From assembly GCF_009914755.1 (NCBI RefSeq), contig NC_060925.1: a stretch of DNA of 64,000 nucleotides, one strand, 5' to 3'. The position numbers were made by a program, and so were the translations under genes. Shown piece by piece: positions 1 through 14,567 of this stretch. The DNA is from the human T2T-CHM13v2.0 reference genome, Homo sapiens. How positions within the stretch are numbered: position 1 is the first letter of the stretch; each line of letters begins with the position of its first letter. The notes under the pieces were generated by a model, which was not told the origin of the DNA, did no database searches, and saw only the letters and a program-made list of their open reading frames with translations.

Positions 1-335
1 TAAAGGCTAATTGGCAGTTTGTGTTTATTTTTCTTACTTTATTTTGAAATAATTTTAGATTTATAAAAGGTTTAAAGTTAGTATAGAACGTTCCTGTATA
101 CTCTTACCTCAACTTCTGCTAAGGTTAACATCTTGGTACAGTGCTATTAACTAAACTGCAGATTGAATTATACCAGTTTTTCTGCTAATGTACTTTTTCC
201 TGTTGCAGGAACCAACCCAGAGGATGATACTACATCTAGTATATTCATTTTAGTCTTCTGCATATATTAGAACAAAATTTATATGCTATGGTCTTTCATC
301 TGCAACTGTTTTCCTTACATCTTAGAGAAATTTAA

Positions 336-629
<294 letters not shown>

Positions 630-1178
630 TAGCAATGCAGGGTCCCTGTTGTTAGTGAATATACTATGGTAATTGTGTCATGTACTACTTGACTTTGGGT
701 GTATTTGTTTTTTCTTTGCCCTGTTTTTAAATGTTTGTTTCATGGTCATCTTTTTGTTTCTCATAGTCTTTCCCTTAGTTTCCATTTTTTACTTTCTTTG
801 CCTCTTAGCCTTTTTTAGGTATATTCATAAATACACCTAAATTTCTCTACTTTAAAAGGAAGAAAAACACTTGAAGAAAAATAAACTGTCATGAAATATG
901 TAGTAAGATAATATTATCTTTATTCTAAATCAGTTTTTTCCCCTAAGTTTTTATAGGAAATCATTTCATGAGAATACAATTATGTAGAAAGTTTATGGTT
1001 TTTTTGGTTTTGTTTTTTTAAGTGATAGGGTGTTAATTATTTGGTTAGAAATATCTTGGCTTAATTCATTAGATATCTTTGAGCATATCCAAATATTTGA
1101 TGGTAGATGTAAAAATAATATGTAGATGTAGACAGGATAAGCAGTCATTTTATAGTATTGGTGTCTTATTTATTCTAG

Positions 1179-1243
1179 ATAGTGAAGTAGAAGAAGAATC
1201 TGAAGAAGATGAAGATTATATTCCATCAGAAGACTGGAAAAAG
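1179..1243 (+). CDS. MIER1: MIER1 exon (N)SEVEEESEEDEDYIPSEDWKK
   Basis: ttctag / gtagtt boundaries; 65 nt, phase 1 to 0; lies within ORF 1079..1294. Confidence 0.96.
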
Positions 1244-1438
1244 GTAGTTAGAACAATATTTTCCCAAAATTTAGATAAATTAATATTTTTTTAAAAAGCC
1301 TCGTGTAATTATTTTTTTTTTTTACTAACTATGTATATTGATAAAATCGATGTAAGCCCTTTTATGACATTTAAATGTTTGGTAAATGTTCAGATTCCTT
1401 CTTAACACATCTAGGTTAGATTAGAAATCTACATTTCT

Positions 1439-1590
1439 GGCGGGGTGTGGTGGCTCACGCCTGTTATCCCAGCACTTGGGAGGCTGAGGCAGGCGGATCG
1501 CTTGAGCCCAGGAGTTCGAGACCAGCCTGGGCAGCGTTGCGGGACCCTGTCTCATTTTATAAAACAAAACAAAAAATAAATAAAACAAAA
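1439..1590 (+). mobile_element. Free left Alu monomer (FLAM_C-like)
   Basis: Monomer with A-rich tail; TSD aaatc(t/c)acatttct at 1425-1438 and 1589-1602. Confidence 0.88.
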
Positions 1591-2029
1591 ATCCACATTT
1601 CTGATTTAGTCCTGAACTAGTGCCAAATTAGGCATTTGTTGCCCTGTAAAAAGTATCACGTATATGTTTTTCAATATTATGGAAAGCATTTGTGGAGGCT
1701 TTGATATTTGTTAAGTAAATTTTGTTTAGTAGTTCATATTGCAAGTTTTTCATTCTGTATTACTTTATAAAAGAAAAACTCTCCAAATGATTGAATTTAA
1801 TGTTGACATTTACAACTGATAAGCTTATTATATGAAGAAACAGATTTGGCTTCTTCGTAACTATATACAATTAATTTCTGAAATGAATCTAAAGATAATA
1901 TATTGAGATTAGTTTTTAATTATAAAATTATATAGCATATAATTAATCATACAGTTAAGTTAAAGAATTGTAAGTTATTGTAAAAGAACTGAGCTCTTAG
2001 GAAAAATCTATCTAAACATTATGTAGAAT

Positions 2030-2160
2030 TAGCTGGTTGCGGTGATGTTTCCCCTGTTGTCCCAGCTACTTGGGAGGCTGAGGTAGGGAGAATCACTTCA
2101 GCCCAGGAGTTTGAGACCAGGCTGGGCAACATAGTGAGACCCCATGTCTTCAAAAAAATT
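2030..2160 (+). mobile_element. Free Alu monomer (FLAM-like)
   Basis: Monomer flanked by ttatgtagaa on both sides. Confidence 0.8.
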
Positions 2161-2779
2161 TTTTATGTAGAACTGGTTAAAACAAAGAAATAATGTTATT
2201 TTTGTTGAGAGACAAGGTTAGCCCAGTTTACGGTATGTGTTAATTTGAGCAAATGATGGGACTCGACAGAAAACAAGAATCACAAAAGTTAATTTGTGTG
2301 GCCTGTTTGGGCAAGGGTTCTTTCATCCTGTTTTTAATCTGATTCCTACAGTGTGCAGAAATTAAGATGAAAAAAGCTAGAAACCTTGGGAGTCCTTATA
2401 AATTGCTGTCCCACTTCATATTCAAGTTTATGTATCTTCAACATGTGTTGTTTTTTAATCTGGAGTGTTCAGTAGAGTATTTGATTAAGCATTCAGTGTT
2501 TTTTTTTTAAATGAAAGAACAAAAGCTCAGAGGTAGAACACCTCTCATTGCTGGAGGGTATTAATTACCCACACCTTACTCAGAAAGGGTATTAATTAAC
2601 CACACCTTTCTCAGAAAAAAATTATGTAATAAAGCAGGCCAGAGTAAATGCAGATTGTTTTCTTTCAGTATGATTTTGTTGTTTTAAATAATTGTCAAGG
2701 TTCAGAGATTCATTTTTTTTTAAGACTTATAAGATGAAATTGAGTTTTTATAGAAACTTAAGGTAGGGGAAACAGTTTT

Positions 2780-2955
2780 GAAGTCAAACCTGAATTTTAG
2801 TTGTAGCTCTAGAACTTAGTAATTGTGTGCTCCTGAGAAAATCAAATTTTTGAGCTTCATCTTCTTACATATAGTATGGGAATAACAATGTCAGCCTTAT
2901 GGGGCTTGCTGAAAGATTAAAGGAAAATTGCATATATGATATGTTAACACATAAT
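2780..2955 (+). mobile_element. MIR fragment
   Basis: Degenerate MIR core (...gagcttcatcttcttacatatagtatgggaataacaat...gattaaa). Confidence 0.5.
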
Positions 2956-3069
2956 GATCTTCAAAGCTATTTCCCTTCCCTTCCCTGTACTACCGAACAA
3001 ATTAACAGATGAAAAGAAATGTTCAGAACTGAACAGGAAAAAGGAAGTACCTATCTTTAAACTAATCCA

Positions 3070-3220
3070 GATGTTCTCAACCCTGTTTTTATGTTAGAAT
3101 CATTTGGATAACTTAGATGTACTGACTACCAGGGCCTTCATTCATAGATTCTAATTTAATTGTCCTGCAGTGGATCCAGGCATTGATGGTTTAGAAGCAC
3201 CCCAGCCAGGGTTAGTAACT
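3070..3220. mobile_element. MER5-like hAT-Charlie DNA transposon relic
   Basis: gttctcaacc...ttagaatca...gattctaatttaattg motifs. Confidence 0.5.
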
Positions 3221-3902
3221 TGACAATGTTCTTTGGTAGGCCTAGGTGAGTTAAGTTAAAAGAGGCACAAGATGTGACAATAAAGGACTCTTTTTATAGT
3301 AGAAGACATAAAGAGAATTCCATTGTAAGGGTAGAGAAAATTTGTTGTAAGTTTGATTCTTTTTAGAAAACTGATCATGAGAAAGATTGGTTTTTCTTAT
3401 GGGTATAGAAATAACTTTATTACATAAAGCACGTCTTTGAAGTTGTACTGGATAAAATGAGCTCCTCACATCAGTGAGGTAACAATAGCAGGAGAGAGAC
3501 TTTCCAAATCCTAAGAGTTACCAAAACTTCTAGACCATGATTTTGTACCTTTCATGCCCAATTTTGAAAATGTCAGTAAATGTGTTCTTAACATTTAGCC
3601 ATCACACAAAAGAGGGTTCATGTAATCTTGGTCTCCTTGCATTGTGAAATTTCACCAGTGGTAGTTTGCAGTTGCTTTTGAGAACATCCAGTTTCACCTA
3701 ATCTGTGATTTGACTGTATAGATATGATTACTGGATTTCCTATTTAATTATATTTGTGGGAGGAGGTTACTTTTTCATTTTGTATTGTTTTAATGAAAGT
3801 CAAGCCATAACCTGCTTATCTATTTCATTTAGAGTTTCTTTCATTTGGCCCCTACTGAGCTTTATACAAACCCTTTTTGTTATTTTTCCTACTTTGAAGC
3901 TC

Positions 3903-4243
3903 TGTTTTTCAGACTTCAGTCTATGTCAGAATCACCTAGAGAGCTTGTTAAAATACCAATGACTGAGTCCTGTCCCCAGAGTTTCAGTAGGTTTGGGGTG
4001 GGACCTGAGCATTTGCATTTCTAACAGTTTCCCATTAGCTGTGTGTGGTGGCATGTGCCTGTAGTCCCAGCTACTCAGAGACTGAGGTGAGAGAATTGCT
4101 TGAGCCTGGGAGGTCGAGGCTGCAGTGAGCCATGATCACTCCAGCCTAGGTGACAGAGCAAGACCCTGTCTCAAAAAAACAAAAATTTCATAGATGACAC
4201 TGATGCTGCTCATATAGGGATCATATTTAAGACCACTGTCTTA
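3903..4243. mobile_element. MER5A-like element interrupted by an Alu right-arm fragment (~4035-4185, +)
   Basis: agaatcacctagagagcttgttaaa...tttgcatttctaaca, then Alu, then gatgacactgatgctgct...gaccactg resumes. Confidence 0.7.
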
Positions 4244-4588
4244 AGTGTAGATACTCTGAAAATATCTGAATTTGACTTTGTGTTTTACATGTTTTGCAGT
4301 TGTCTTACTAATGGAATTATCAGAATTCACTTCTTTGTCTCTATATTTTGAAATAAAGTTTGTATTTATTGTTTACGTTGCATTTCACCTCAGTATTATT
4401 ACTAATATTTTCATCCAGTCATTATTTGTCATTCATCTTCACAAAGGTACCTCTGAGGTAGTTAATTGGTTGTTTTTGTATTTTATGACAGAGAAACCAG
4501 GAACAGTTTACTAAGATGGTAAGGCTAGAAAATGGATATAAAATCTGTTACTAGATCTTACTAATGTTTTATGTTATTTTTAAAATAG

Positions 4589-4687
<99 letters not shown>

Positions 4688-5127
4688 TGAATTTATGCTT
4701 TCAGTGTAATGAACTGTTACTTTATATGTAAAATGTGATAAGAACATGACAGCCTACTAAGTAACCCCATTGTAACCCCATTGGTTTGTGAAAGAGGACC
4801 CTTCATTATTTCTGTGAGAAGAATGTGTGTACTCAATTTTTTCAGTTTGGTCTATAGAAGCCTAGCCAAAAAAGGAAAAAGTGAATGCTTTTTTTCATTT
4901 TAAAGTGACTTACAATGTCTCAACAGTTTTTTTTACTTTTTTCCCCGTATTTTCAGTGCTCTAAACTTTAACCCTTCTCTAATCTTTATAATTTAGTTTT
5001 TAGAAGTCCATTTTATATCAATGAAAGGCATAAAAACAAACGAGAGTAAATAACTGATATAAACAGCTTATTTGCTCCTGAAACTTTCACTAAGCAAAAT
5101 GGAGTGCTTATTAAAATGGAGTACTTT

Positions 5128-5431
<304 letters not shown>

Positions 5432-5574
5432 TTACTTTGATGCTTGTGTTTTAAAAATAATTTGGGAAAACAACTTTTGTATACTTAAATTTTACATGTT
5501 TTTTTTTTTCCATTTCATTTCATTTGAAAGTCCTGAAGTAAGTCATACTTCCAATAACATACAATACTTGAAGA

Positions 5575-5872
<298 letters not shown>

Positions 5873-5949
5873 TGAAGATTTTTTTTAAAGAGTCTGTTTC
5901 AGATTATTCACCTCATTTGAATTCCAGAAAAAATGCTGTGTATGTTTCC

Positions 5950-6246
<297 letters not shown>

Positions 6247-6994
6247 GTATGTGTGCTTTTAATGAGTTCATGTGCAGTGTGACATCACTCAGGACTAGAA
6301 ATCTTTATTTCTTTTATTTCAGTTTTCTTCACATTTCAACTTAATATACACAAAGGCCTTTGGAGTTGTATTAATAGAAGTTTTTTGTTGTTTATTTCTT
6401 TTTAGCATTCTCTCCAAAAACTTACTTTATATTCTAAGTATGCACCTACTCTCAGGGCAAGCAGCAGGTCAGAGGCAGTCAAGGGAACATCACAGGCCAG
6501 TACGGTTTTTGTGATAGCAATATGTTTTAATACATCATTTAAATGTTTAATAGCTACCACTTATTTCTCAAGGTAATTCCTGCAAGATATAGGAACATTG
6601 AAGCTAGCAGTATGGAGTGACTTTATTACATATAGAAATTCTGTACATATGGTATGTTCTGTGAACGTATAATTGTGTGCCAAAATAAATGATCTGTTGG
6701 CTTTTGTATTTATTTTTGTAATTGAAATGTCAGTTTTGTGCTTTACTCGTATAGTAGTTAGCAATGTTCACCATTGAGGTTTTTCTTTCTGCAAATAAAT
6801 GAACTGAAAGACATTTGTTTTTATTAAATTTCTTTTAAATTTTGACAATGAAAGATAATAGAGCCTATTTTATATTTTAGTATTTATATTATAAATTTAT
6901 ATTATAGTTGAAAATAGTTTTATTGCAGTATACTTTGTTTTTTATTTTAATATGTTCGTATTATATATCAACAGTGAATAATGATCACATTCTC

Positions 6995-9510
6995 TTATTT
7001 ATGCTTAGTTTTAATTTTTAATTTTTGTGGGTACATAGTAGGTGTATATAGTTCCGGGGTACGTGAGATGTCTTGATACAGGCATGCAGTGTGTAACAAC
7101 CACATCATGGCAAATGGTGTATGCATCCTCTCAAGCATATTATCTTTTGTGTTACAAACAATCCATTTATACTCTTTTAGTTCTTTAAAAATGTACAATT
7201 AAGTTATTGATTATGGTCACCCTGTTGTGCTGTCAACTATTAGGGGTTACTCATTCTATTTTTTTGTACCCATTAACCATCCCTACCTCTCTCTTACTCC
7301 TTTCCCGGACCGACCTTCCCAGCCTCTAGTAGCCATCCTTCTGCTGTATCTCCATGGGTTCAATTGTTTTGATTTTAGATCCCACACATAATTGAGAACA
7401 TGGGATACTTGTCTTTTCCGTGCCTGACTTTTTGCTTAACATAATGACCTTCAGTTCCATCCATGTTATTGCAAATGACTGGATCTCATTCTTTTTTTAT
7501 GGCTGAATAGCACTCTATTGTGTATAAGTACCACATTTTTTTTTTTATACTTTAAGTTCTAGGGTACATGTGCACAACATGCAGGTTTCTTACATATGTG
7601 TACATGTGCCATGTTGGTGTGCTGCACCCATTAACTTGTCATGTACATTAGGTATATCTCCTAATCCTATCCCTTGCCCTTCTCCCCACCCCACGACAGG
7701 CCCCGGTGTGTGATGTTCCCTTTCCTGTGTCCAAGTGTTCTCATTGTTCACTTCCCACCTATGAGTGAGAACATGCAGTGTTTGGTTTTTTGTCCTTGCG
7801 ATAGTTTGCTGAGAATGATGGTTTCCAGCTTCATCCATATCCCTACAAAGGACATAAACTCCTCCTTTTTGATGGCTGCATAGTATTCCATGGTGTATAT
7901 GTGCCACATTTTCTTAATCCAGTCTATCACTGATGGACATTTGGGTTGGTTCCAAGTCTTTGCTATTGTGAGTAGTGCCACAATAAACATACGTGTGCAT
8001 GTGTCTTTATAGCAGCGTGATTTATAATCCTTTGGGTATATGCCCAATAATGGGATGGCTGGGTCAAATGGTATTTCTAGTTCTAGGTCCTTGAGGAATC
8101 GCCACACTGTCTTCCACAATGGTTGAACTAGTTCACAGTCCCACCAACAGTGTAAAAGTGTTCCTATTTCTCCACATCCTCTCCAGCACCTGTTGTTTCC
8201 TGACTTTTTAATGATTGCCATTCTAACGGTTGTGAGATGGTATCTCATTGTGGTTTTGATGCATTCATCTGTTGATGGACACTTTTTTTGCCATCTGTAT
8301 GTATTCTTTTGAGAAATGTCTCTTCAGATCTTTTGCCCATTTTTAAATCAGATTATTAGACTTTTTTCAATAGAGTTGTTTGAGCTCCTTATATATTCTA
8401 GTTATTAGTGCCTTCTAAGATGGGTAGTTTGCAAATATTTTCTCCCATTCTGTAGGTTGTCTCTTTGTTGATTGTTTCCTTTGCTGTGCAAAAGCTTGTT
8501 AACTTAATATGATCCTATTTGTCTATTTTTGCTTTGGTTGCCTGTGCTTGTGGGGTATTATTCAGGAAGTCTTTGCCCTCAGTCCAGTGTCCTGCAGAAT
8601 TTCCCCAATATTTTATTGTAGTAGTTTCATAGTTTGAGGTCTTAGATGTAAGTCTTTAATCTATTTTGGTTTTTGTGTGTGACAAGATATAGGGGTCTAG
8701 TTCCATTCTTCTGCATATGGATATCCAGTTTCCCAGCACCATTTATTGAAGAGACTATCTTTTCCCAGTGTACATTCTTGGCATCTTTGTCAAAAATGAG
8801 TTCACTGTAGGTATGTGACTTGTTTCTGGGTCCTGTGTTCTGTTCTGTATGTCTTATTTTTATGCCAGTACATGCTGTTTTAGTTACTGTAGCTCTGTAG
8901 TATAATTTGAAGTTAGGTAATGTGATTCCTCCAGTTTTGTTCTTTCTGCTTAGGATAGCTTTGGCTATTCTGAGTCTTTTGTGGTTCCATATAAATTTTA
9001 GGAACTTTTTTTCTATTTCTGTGAAGAATGTCATTGGTAATTTGATAAGGATTTCATTGAATCTGTAGATTGCTTTTGGTAGCATGGACATTTTAACAAC
9101 ACTGATTCTTTGAATCCATGAATGTGGAATATCATTCCATTTTTTTTTTTTTTGGTGTCCTCTTTAATTTCTTTTGTCAATATTTTATAGTTGTCATTAT
9201 GGAGATCTTTCACTTCTTCGGTTAATTTCTAGGTATTTGATTTTATTTGTGGCTATCTTAAATGGGATTAGTCTTTTGATTTCCTTTTCAGAATGTTGAC
9301 TTGGTGGCATATAGAAATGCTACTGATTTTTGTATGTTGATTTTGTATCCTGCAACTTTACTGAATTTGTCAGTTCTAATAGTTTTTTGTGGCGTCTTTA
9401 GGTTTTTCCAAATACAAGATCATATCATCAGTAAACAGGGATAATTTGACTTCTTCCTTTCTAATTTGGATTGCCTTTATATCTTTCTCTTGTCTAATTG
9501 TTCTGATTTT
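6995..9510 (-). mobile_element. Old L1 (L1MA-like) 3' end with ORF2 remnants, interrupted by a younger L1PA
   Basis: L1MA-type 3'UTR at 6995-7535; ORF2-like ORFs 8642..9091 and 9031..9213 (LPKAIYRFN..., [12 protein letters not shown]) with frameshifts. Confidence 0.88.
7536..8260 (-). mobile_element. 5'-truncated L1PA (~720 bp) nested in the older L1
   Basis: Poly-T then tatactttaagttctagggtacatgtgcac (L1PA 3'UTR); ORF 7748..8248 is the L1 ORF2 C-terminal Cys-rich region. Confidence 0.92.
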
Positions 9511-10758
9511 TTCATGGTTTAAATTCTAACTTAATATTTTCCATTTTAACATGATTTTAGAAAGTAATTATGCATATGTAATTTTTTTCAGGGACGAGTG
9601 ATTTATGAAGCTTTCTCATTTTGAGAATTTAAGTATATTAGTTTGTGTAAGGAGGATCAGACTAAACTTAGCAGAATGAGATTGCTTTGGAGGGATCGCT
9701 GTGGTAAAGGGGCATTCCTCAGCTTTGTAGTTCTAGAAATTCAGACTTTTGTCAGGATACCCAGAATTTGTCTCCTCTTAAGATACCCTATACCATAAAC
9801 CAAATTCTTGAAACTATTAGGTAAACTATGCTGTTAGAAATAAAACTTGTCAAAGGGACAGTGCTGATTAGTGCATTCTTATGGAAAACATTTCACAGGA
9901 TATTTTTCATCAGTTTTGTGAACACAGACTTTTTTTTTTAAGTGCCACAAAACTAAGATATCCTGATATCTTTATTGTAGGGATTACTTAATGGATGGAT
10001 CAGAATTCTCCTTTTCATTGATACGTGGAAACCTCCTTACCTAGTATCTTGGAGAGACATTGACAAATTTTTTCTCTCTGCCATCCGACTTTTTTTATTA
10101 GGCACCATGCAGATTATATATTCTTCATTGGTTAGCACTCCTAATTCAAACAGTTAAATAAACATGATTTGTTAGTTATAATAACATTCCAGGCATGCTC
10201 CTTTGGACTTGTATCTGTTTTGATTACAAAATCTCCTGAGCTACCCTTAACTTTTTCCTAAATTCATGTAAGTTATCATTTATACTAACCACAGTGTATT
10301 TTAACCTTTTGTTTACTCATCTTTGTAGCATTACTGGTAAGTAGGTCGATCCTTGCCCCATAGGCACTTAGTAAACATTTGGTGCCTAAGTGAATAGGTG
10401 GGTGAATTATTTCCGAATTAGGGTTTCCTTATATGGCCTTGTCTACCCCAAAGATCCCAAAAATATAAGAACTTTCGTCTGCAGAGAACAGAGGCTGAGC
10501 AGAGAATAGAAATCAATAGCAGTATATCCAGATTCATTTTATCATGGTAGTTTTATTGTATTTATAATTTAGGATATAACTAGGATTGTACCAGCAGATT
10601 AGAAAAGGAATGATGTTTATTAAGGAAGATTTTCTAAATATTTTCCTTTGGGCTGTACTTTAAACAAAAGTATCTATTTTGGGAAACAAGGGAAGATAGA
10701 AGAAGGTTTTGAAGTGTGTGTGGGTGAGGGGACAAGATAATTCATGTGAAAATAATAC

Positions 10759-11098
<340 letters not shown>

Positions 11099-11169
11099 TT
11101 AGCTGTTAATTTCTTTTCATAATAAAAGAAATTTTGACGCTGTTAGTTATTCTTTGTCTCTTAAAATGT

Positions 11170-11630
11170 TTCTCAGGCTGGCTCCTTCCTGTTGTCATTT
11201 ACATATTTGCCTCATCTTTGAAAACAAACAAACCAAAACAACATAAAAACTTTCTTCACCTCTACTCTCTAGCTACTCCCCTATCTCCACCATCATAACT
11301 AAACTTTTCAAGAGTCTTATTTCTTCACTTTCCATTTATTCTTCAGTCTTATCCAATGTGGCTTCTGCTTCCATCTCTCTACAGAAAGTTCTCACAACAT
11401 TCACCTCCTTGTTAGTAAAGCTGGCATAACCTTTTTCAATTTTCATCCTCATCACTCAACAGAATTTAACCAGTCTTTGAAGCTATTCTTTGAAACACTC
11501 TCTTCCCTTAGCATCTGTGATGTTACATTCTTGGTATTTCTTCTGTTTGTGACTTTTGAATTTTATCCATGTTTTCTTCTTATCATTTGGAATTCCACAG
11601 GCTTTGTCTTAGGTCATCCTCCTTTCATTA
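11170..11630. mobile_element. L2 fragment(s)
   Basis: Pyrimidine-rich, degenerate L2 ORF2-like sequence (tgaaacactctcttcccttagc...). Confidence 0.45.
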
Positions 11631-11869
11631 CTTTTTGAGTTTTAATTAGATTTAGGCTTTCATCTTCTTATAATGGAAATTATGATGAAACTTAAATACC
11701 TTTAAAAAAGTAATGACTTGTTTTTGTGAAAGTGATTTATATACATTATACAACTCAAGCATCACAGAAAACATAAAGTAAAATTTACTTCAAATCCCAC
11801 CACCAGGAATTAAGCAGTGTTAACATTTGGTGAGCATTCTTCTAGACATATTTTCAAAAATAATAGTTA

Positions 11870-12050
11870 CAGTTACAATTACAGGATTTTAGTATGTGCC
11901 AGAATGATTGTAAAGTGCTTTAAATCCTTAAAACTATGTGGTAGAGTTATTGTTACCTCCTTTCACAGATGAGACAGAAGGGAAATAATTTGCCCAAGGT
12001 CATCATACATGTAATAAGTGGTAGAGATGGTATTCAACCAAGAGAGCTTG
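11870..12050 (-). mobile_element. MIR
   Basis: tttcacagatgaga...aatttgcccaaggtca. Confidence 0.65.
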
Positions 12051-12246
12051 GAATTTGGTAAACTCAAGATAAAGTCAGACTGGATCTGCAGGGGGCATAA
12101 AGTGGTACCTCCTCTCTGTTTAAATTGTTTAATTTACTTAAACTATAGTTTTTGCCCAAGAACGAAGTCAGGCAAGTAGTAGAACCACACTGTACCTCAG
12201 TTCTCAACATTTGGCTCTGAGTTGTTTATTTAGTAATATGTTTTAA

Positions 12247-12474
<228 letters not shown>

Positions 12475-13148
12475 TAGAACTTTGCCATACACATTTATAC
12501 ATGTAAATGCTGTCACTTGCATTGTTGTTATTCTGTCCACCAAACTTTTTATAACATTATTGACAGGGAATCTGAGGTTATAATCCCTGTAAGATATCCG
12601 TTGTTACCACAGTGACTTCATTGGTGTGAAGCTCAAAAACGAAACAAAAACCTGTTTTATTTTGCCTGTATATACTTTTCATTAGGCTTTTTAAAATTCC
12701 TTTGGCTATCCCTAAGAATCTGTGTATATCAAGTTGGAATTCTCACCTCGGATTATCTTATGTACATGGTAAGACCAGTGCCTACCATGAACCTATCTTT
12801 TTTACCTTTTTAATCATTGTTTTTTTCTGATTTGTTTAAAATTATAGGAATCTCAAGAAGCCACAAAGAAGGGATTTTCATTGATATAAAATGAATTCTT
12901 TTTAGTCCTAGGGATACTATGGCCACCAAGTTTATGCATATCCTACTTTGTACATATTTAAAGGTAGTTGATTTATCAGGATCGAATTCATATTTGTTTT
13001 TCTTTGGAGTTCTCTATATATAACATTCACTAAAGTTATTTGCCCTCAAAAAGGATGAAAACACTGGATGTTTGAAAAACTTTTAAGAAATTGTAGCATT
13101 GAACTGTTTATAGTCCTTGTCACATATTCAAGCCTTTTATTTTTCTAG

Positions 13149-13256
<108 letters not shown>

Positions 13257-13519
13257 TGATTTGGCAGAAATTTTAAAATTAAGCTTTTCAGTTTACCTAG
13301 GTATAGCCTAAACTTAATAATACTGATTTTTCTGAGTTTGATAAATATTTACAAAATACCAAGTATTACTAAACAAATCGTTACGGGGAGTGGGATTAAG
13401 ATTGTCCCTTCCTCCTTTGTGGGAAAATACAGTCATGTAAGTAAAAATGTAAAAATTTATACTGCCTTATGCATTCAAGGCATATTTATAAATATTTTCT
13501 TATTTGATCTTGATAATTG

Positions 13520-13685
13520 CCCTATGAACTAGGTAGTATGACAGATAATACCTTTACTTAAAGGTAAAAATTGATGAGCCTGAGATCTCTGAACTAAAGT
13601 AACTTGGCGAAAGCAAACATAATTCATCAGTAATGAAGCCATGACTAAAATTTGGATTTTTCTTTTTTATACTATATCTGGCTCC
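13520..13685 (-). mobile_element. MIR fragment
   Basis: aagtaacttggcgaaagc... degenerate MIR core. Confidence 0.45.
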
Positions 13686-13709
13686 TACCCCCCTTCACTA
13701 AGAGTACTA

Positions 13710-13723
13710 CATATATATATATA

Positions 13724-13759
<36 letters not shown>
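13710..13759. repeat. Interrupted (TA)n microsatellite
   Basis: Seen directly. Confidence 0.95.
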
Positions 13760-13762
<3 letters not shown>

Positions 13763-13774
13763 ACAAATGAGAGA

Positions 13775-14250
13775 TATTTATTTAACAAAAATTTGAGTGC
13801 CTTCTGAATTCTGAGGATGTAACTATAAACAAAGTCCCTTCCCCTCGTGGTGCTTAGAGCTTAGGTAGGGAAACTGGAAAATAGCTGATGAATTCTTCAA
13901 GGAAAATTAGAGGGTGCTATTGAAACCTGTAGTAATGGGACTTAACCTATTTGCAGAGAGGGTAGTGCTTTTAGGGAAAGCATTCAGAATGAAGTAATAT
14001 TTTTGTTGGGATGCAAAAGAATTATCTCAGTGAAAGGGGATGAGGCAGGAAATAATTCTAAGCAAAGGAGAGACACCATGCACAAAGTCTGAAGTAAGAA
14101 AGAACATGGCAAATTTAAGGAATTGAAAGGTGGCTGAGATAGTTTGATCAGTAAGAATTAAGAAGAAAGTGGCACAAGTTGAAGCTGGAGAGGTAGGGAC
14201 CAAATCATTCAAAATCTTATTAAATAAGGAATTGTTGTCACTTTATCTTT
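13775..14250. mobile_element. L2 3'-end fragment
   Basis: tttatttaacaaaaatttgagtgcc...; ctaagcaaaggaga..catgcacaaagtctgaag. Confidence 0.55.
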
Positions 14251-14363
14251 TGCAACAATTAGTAATAGAGCTCAGGAGTAAAATGCTTCCCTCATTTTTA
14301 CGAGAAGGTTAAGTTTTCATTTGTAATTTTGTTATATGCAATAATTGGGGGAATATTGCTTAA

Positions 14364-14567
<204 letters not shown>

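Noticed and set aside
7748-9213. ORFs of 166, 149 and 60 aa with protein-like sequence
   Set aside because: Fragments of LINE-1 ORF2 in truncated, frameshifted copies; not host genes
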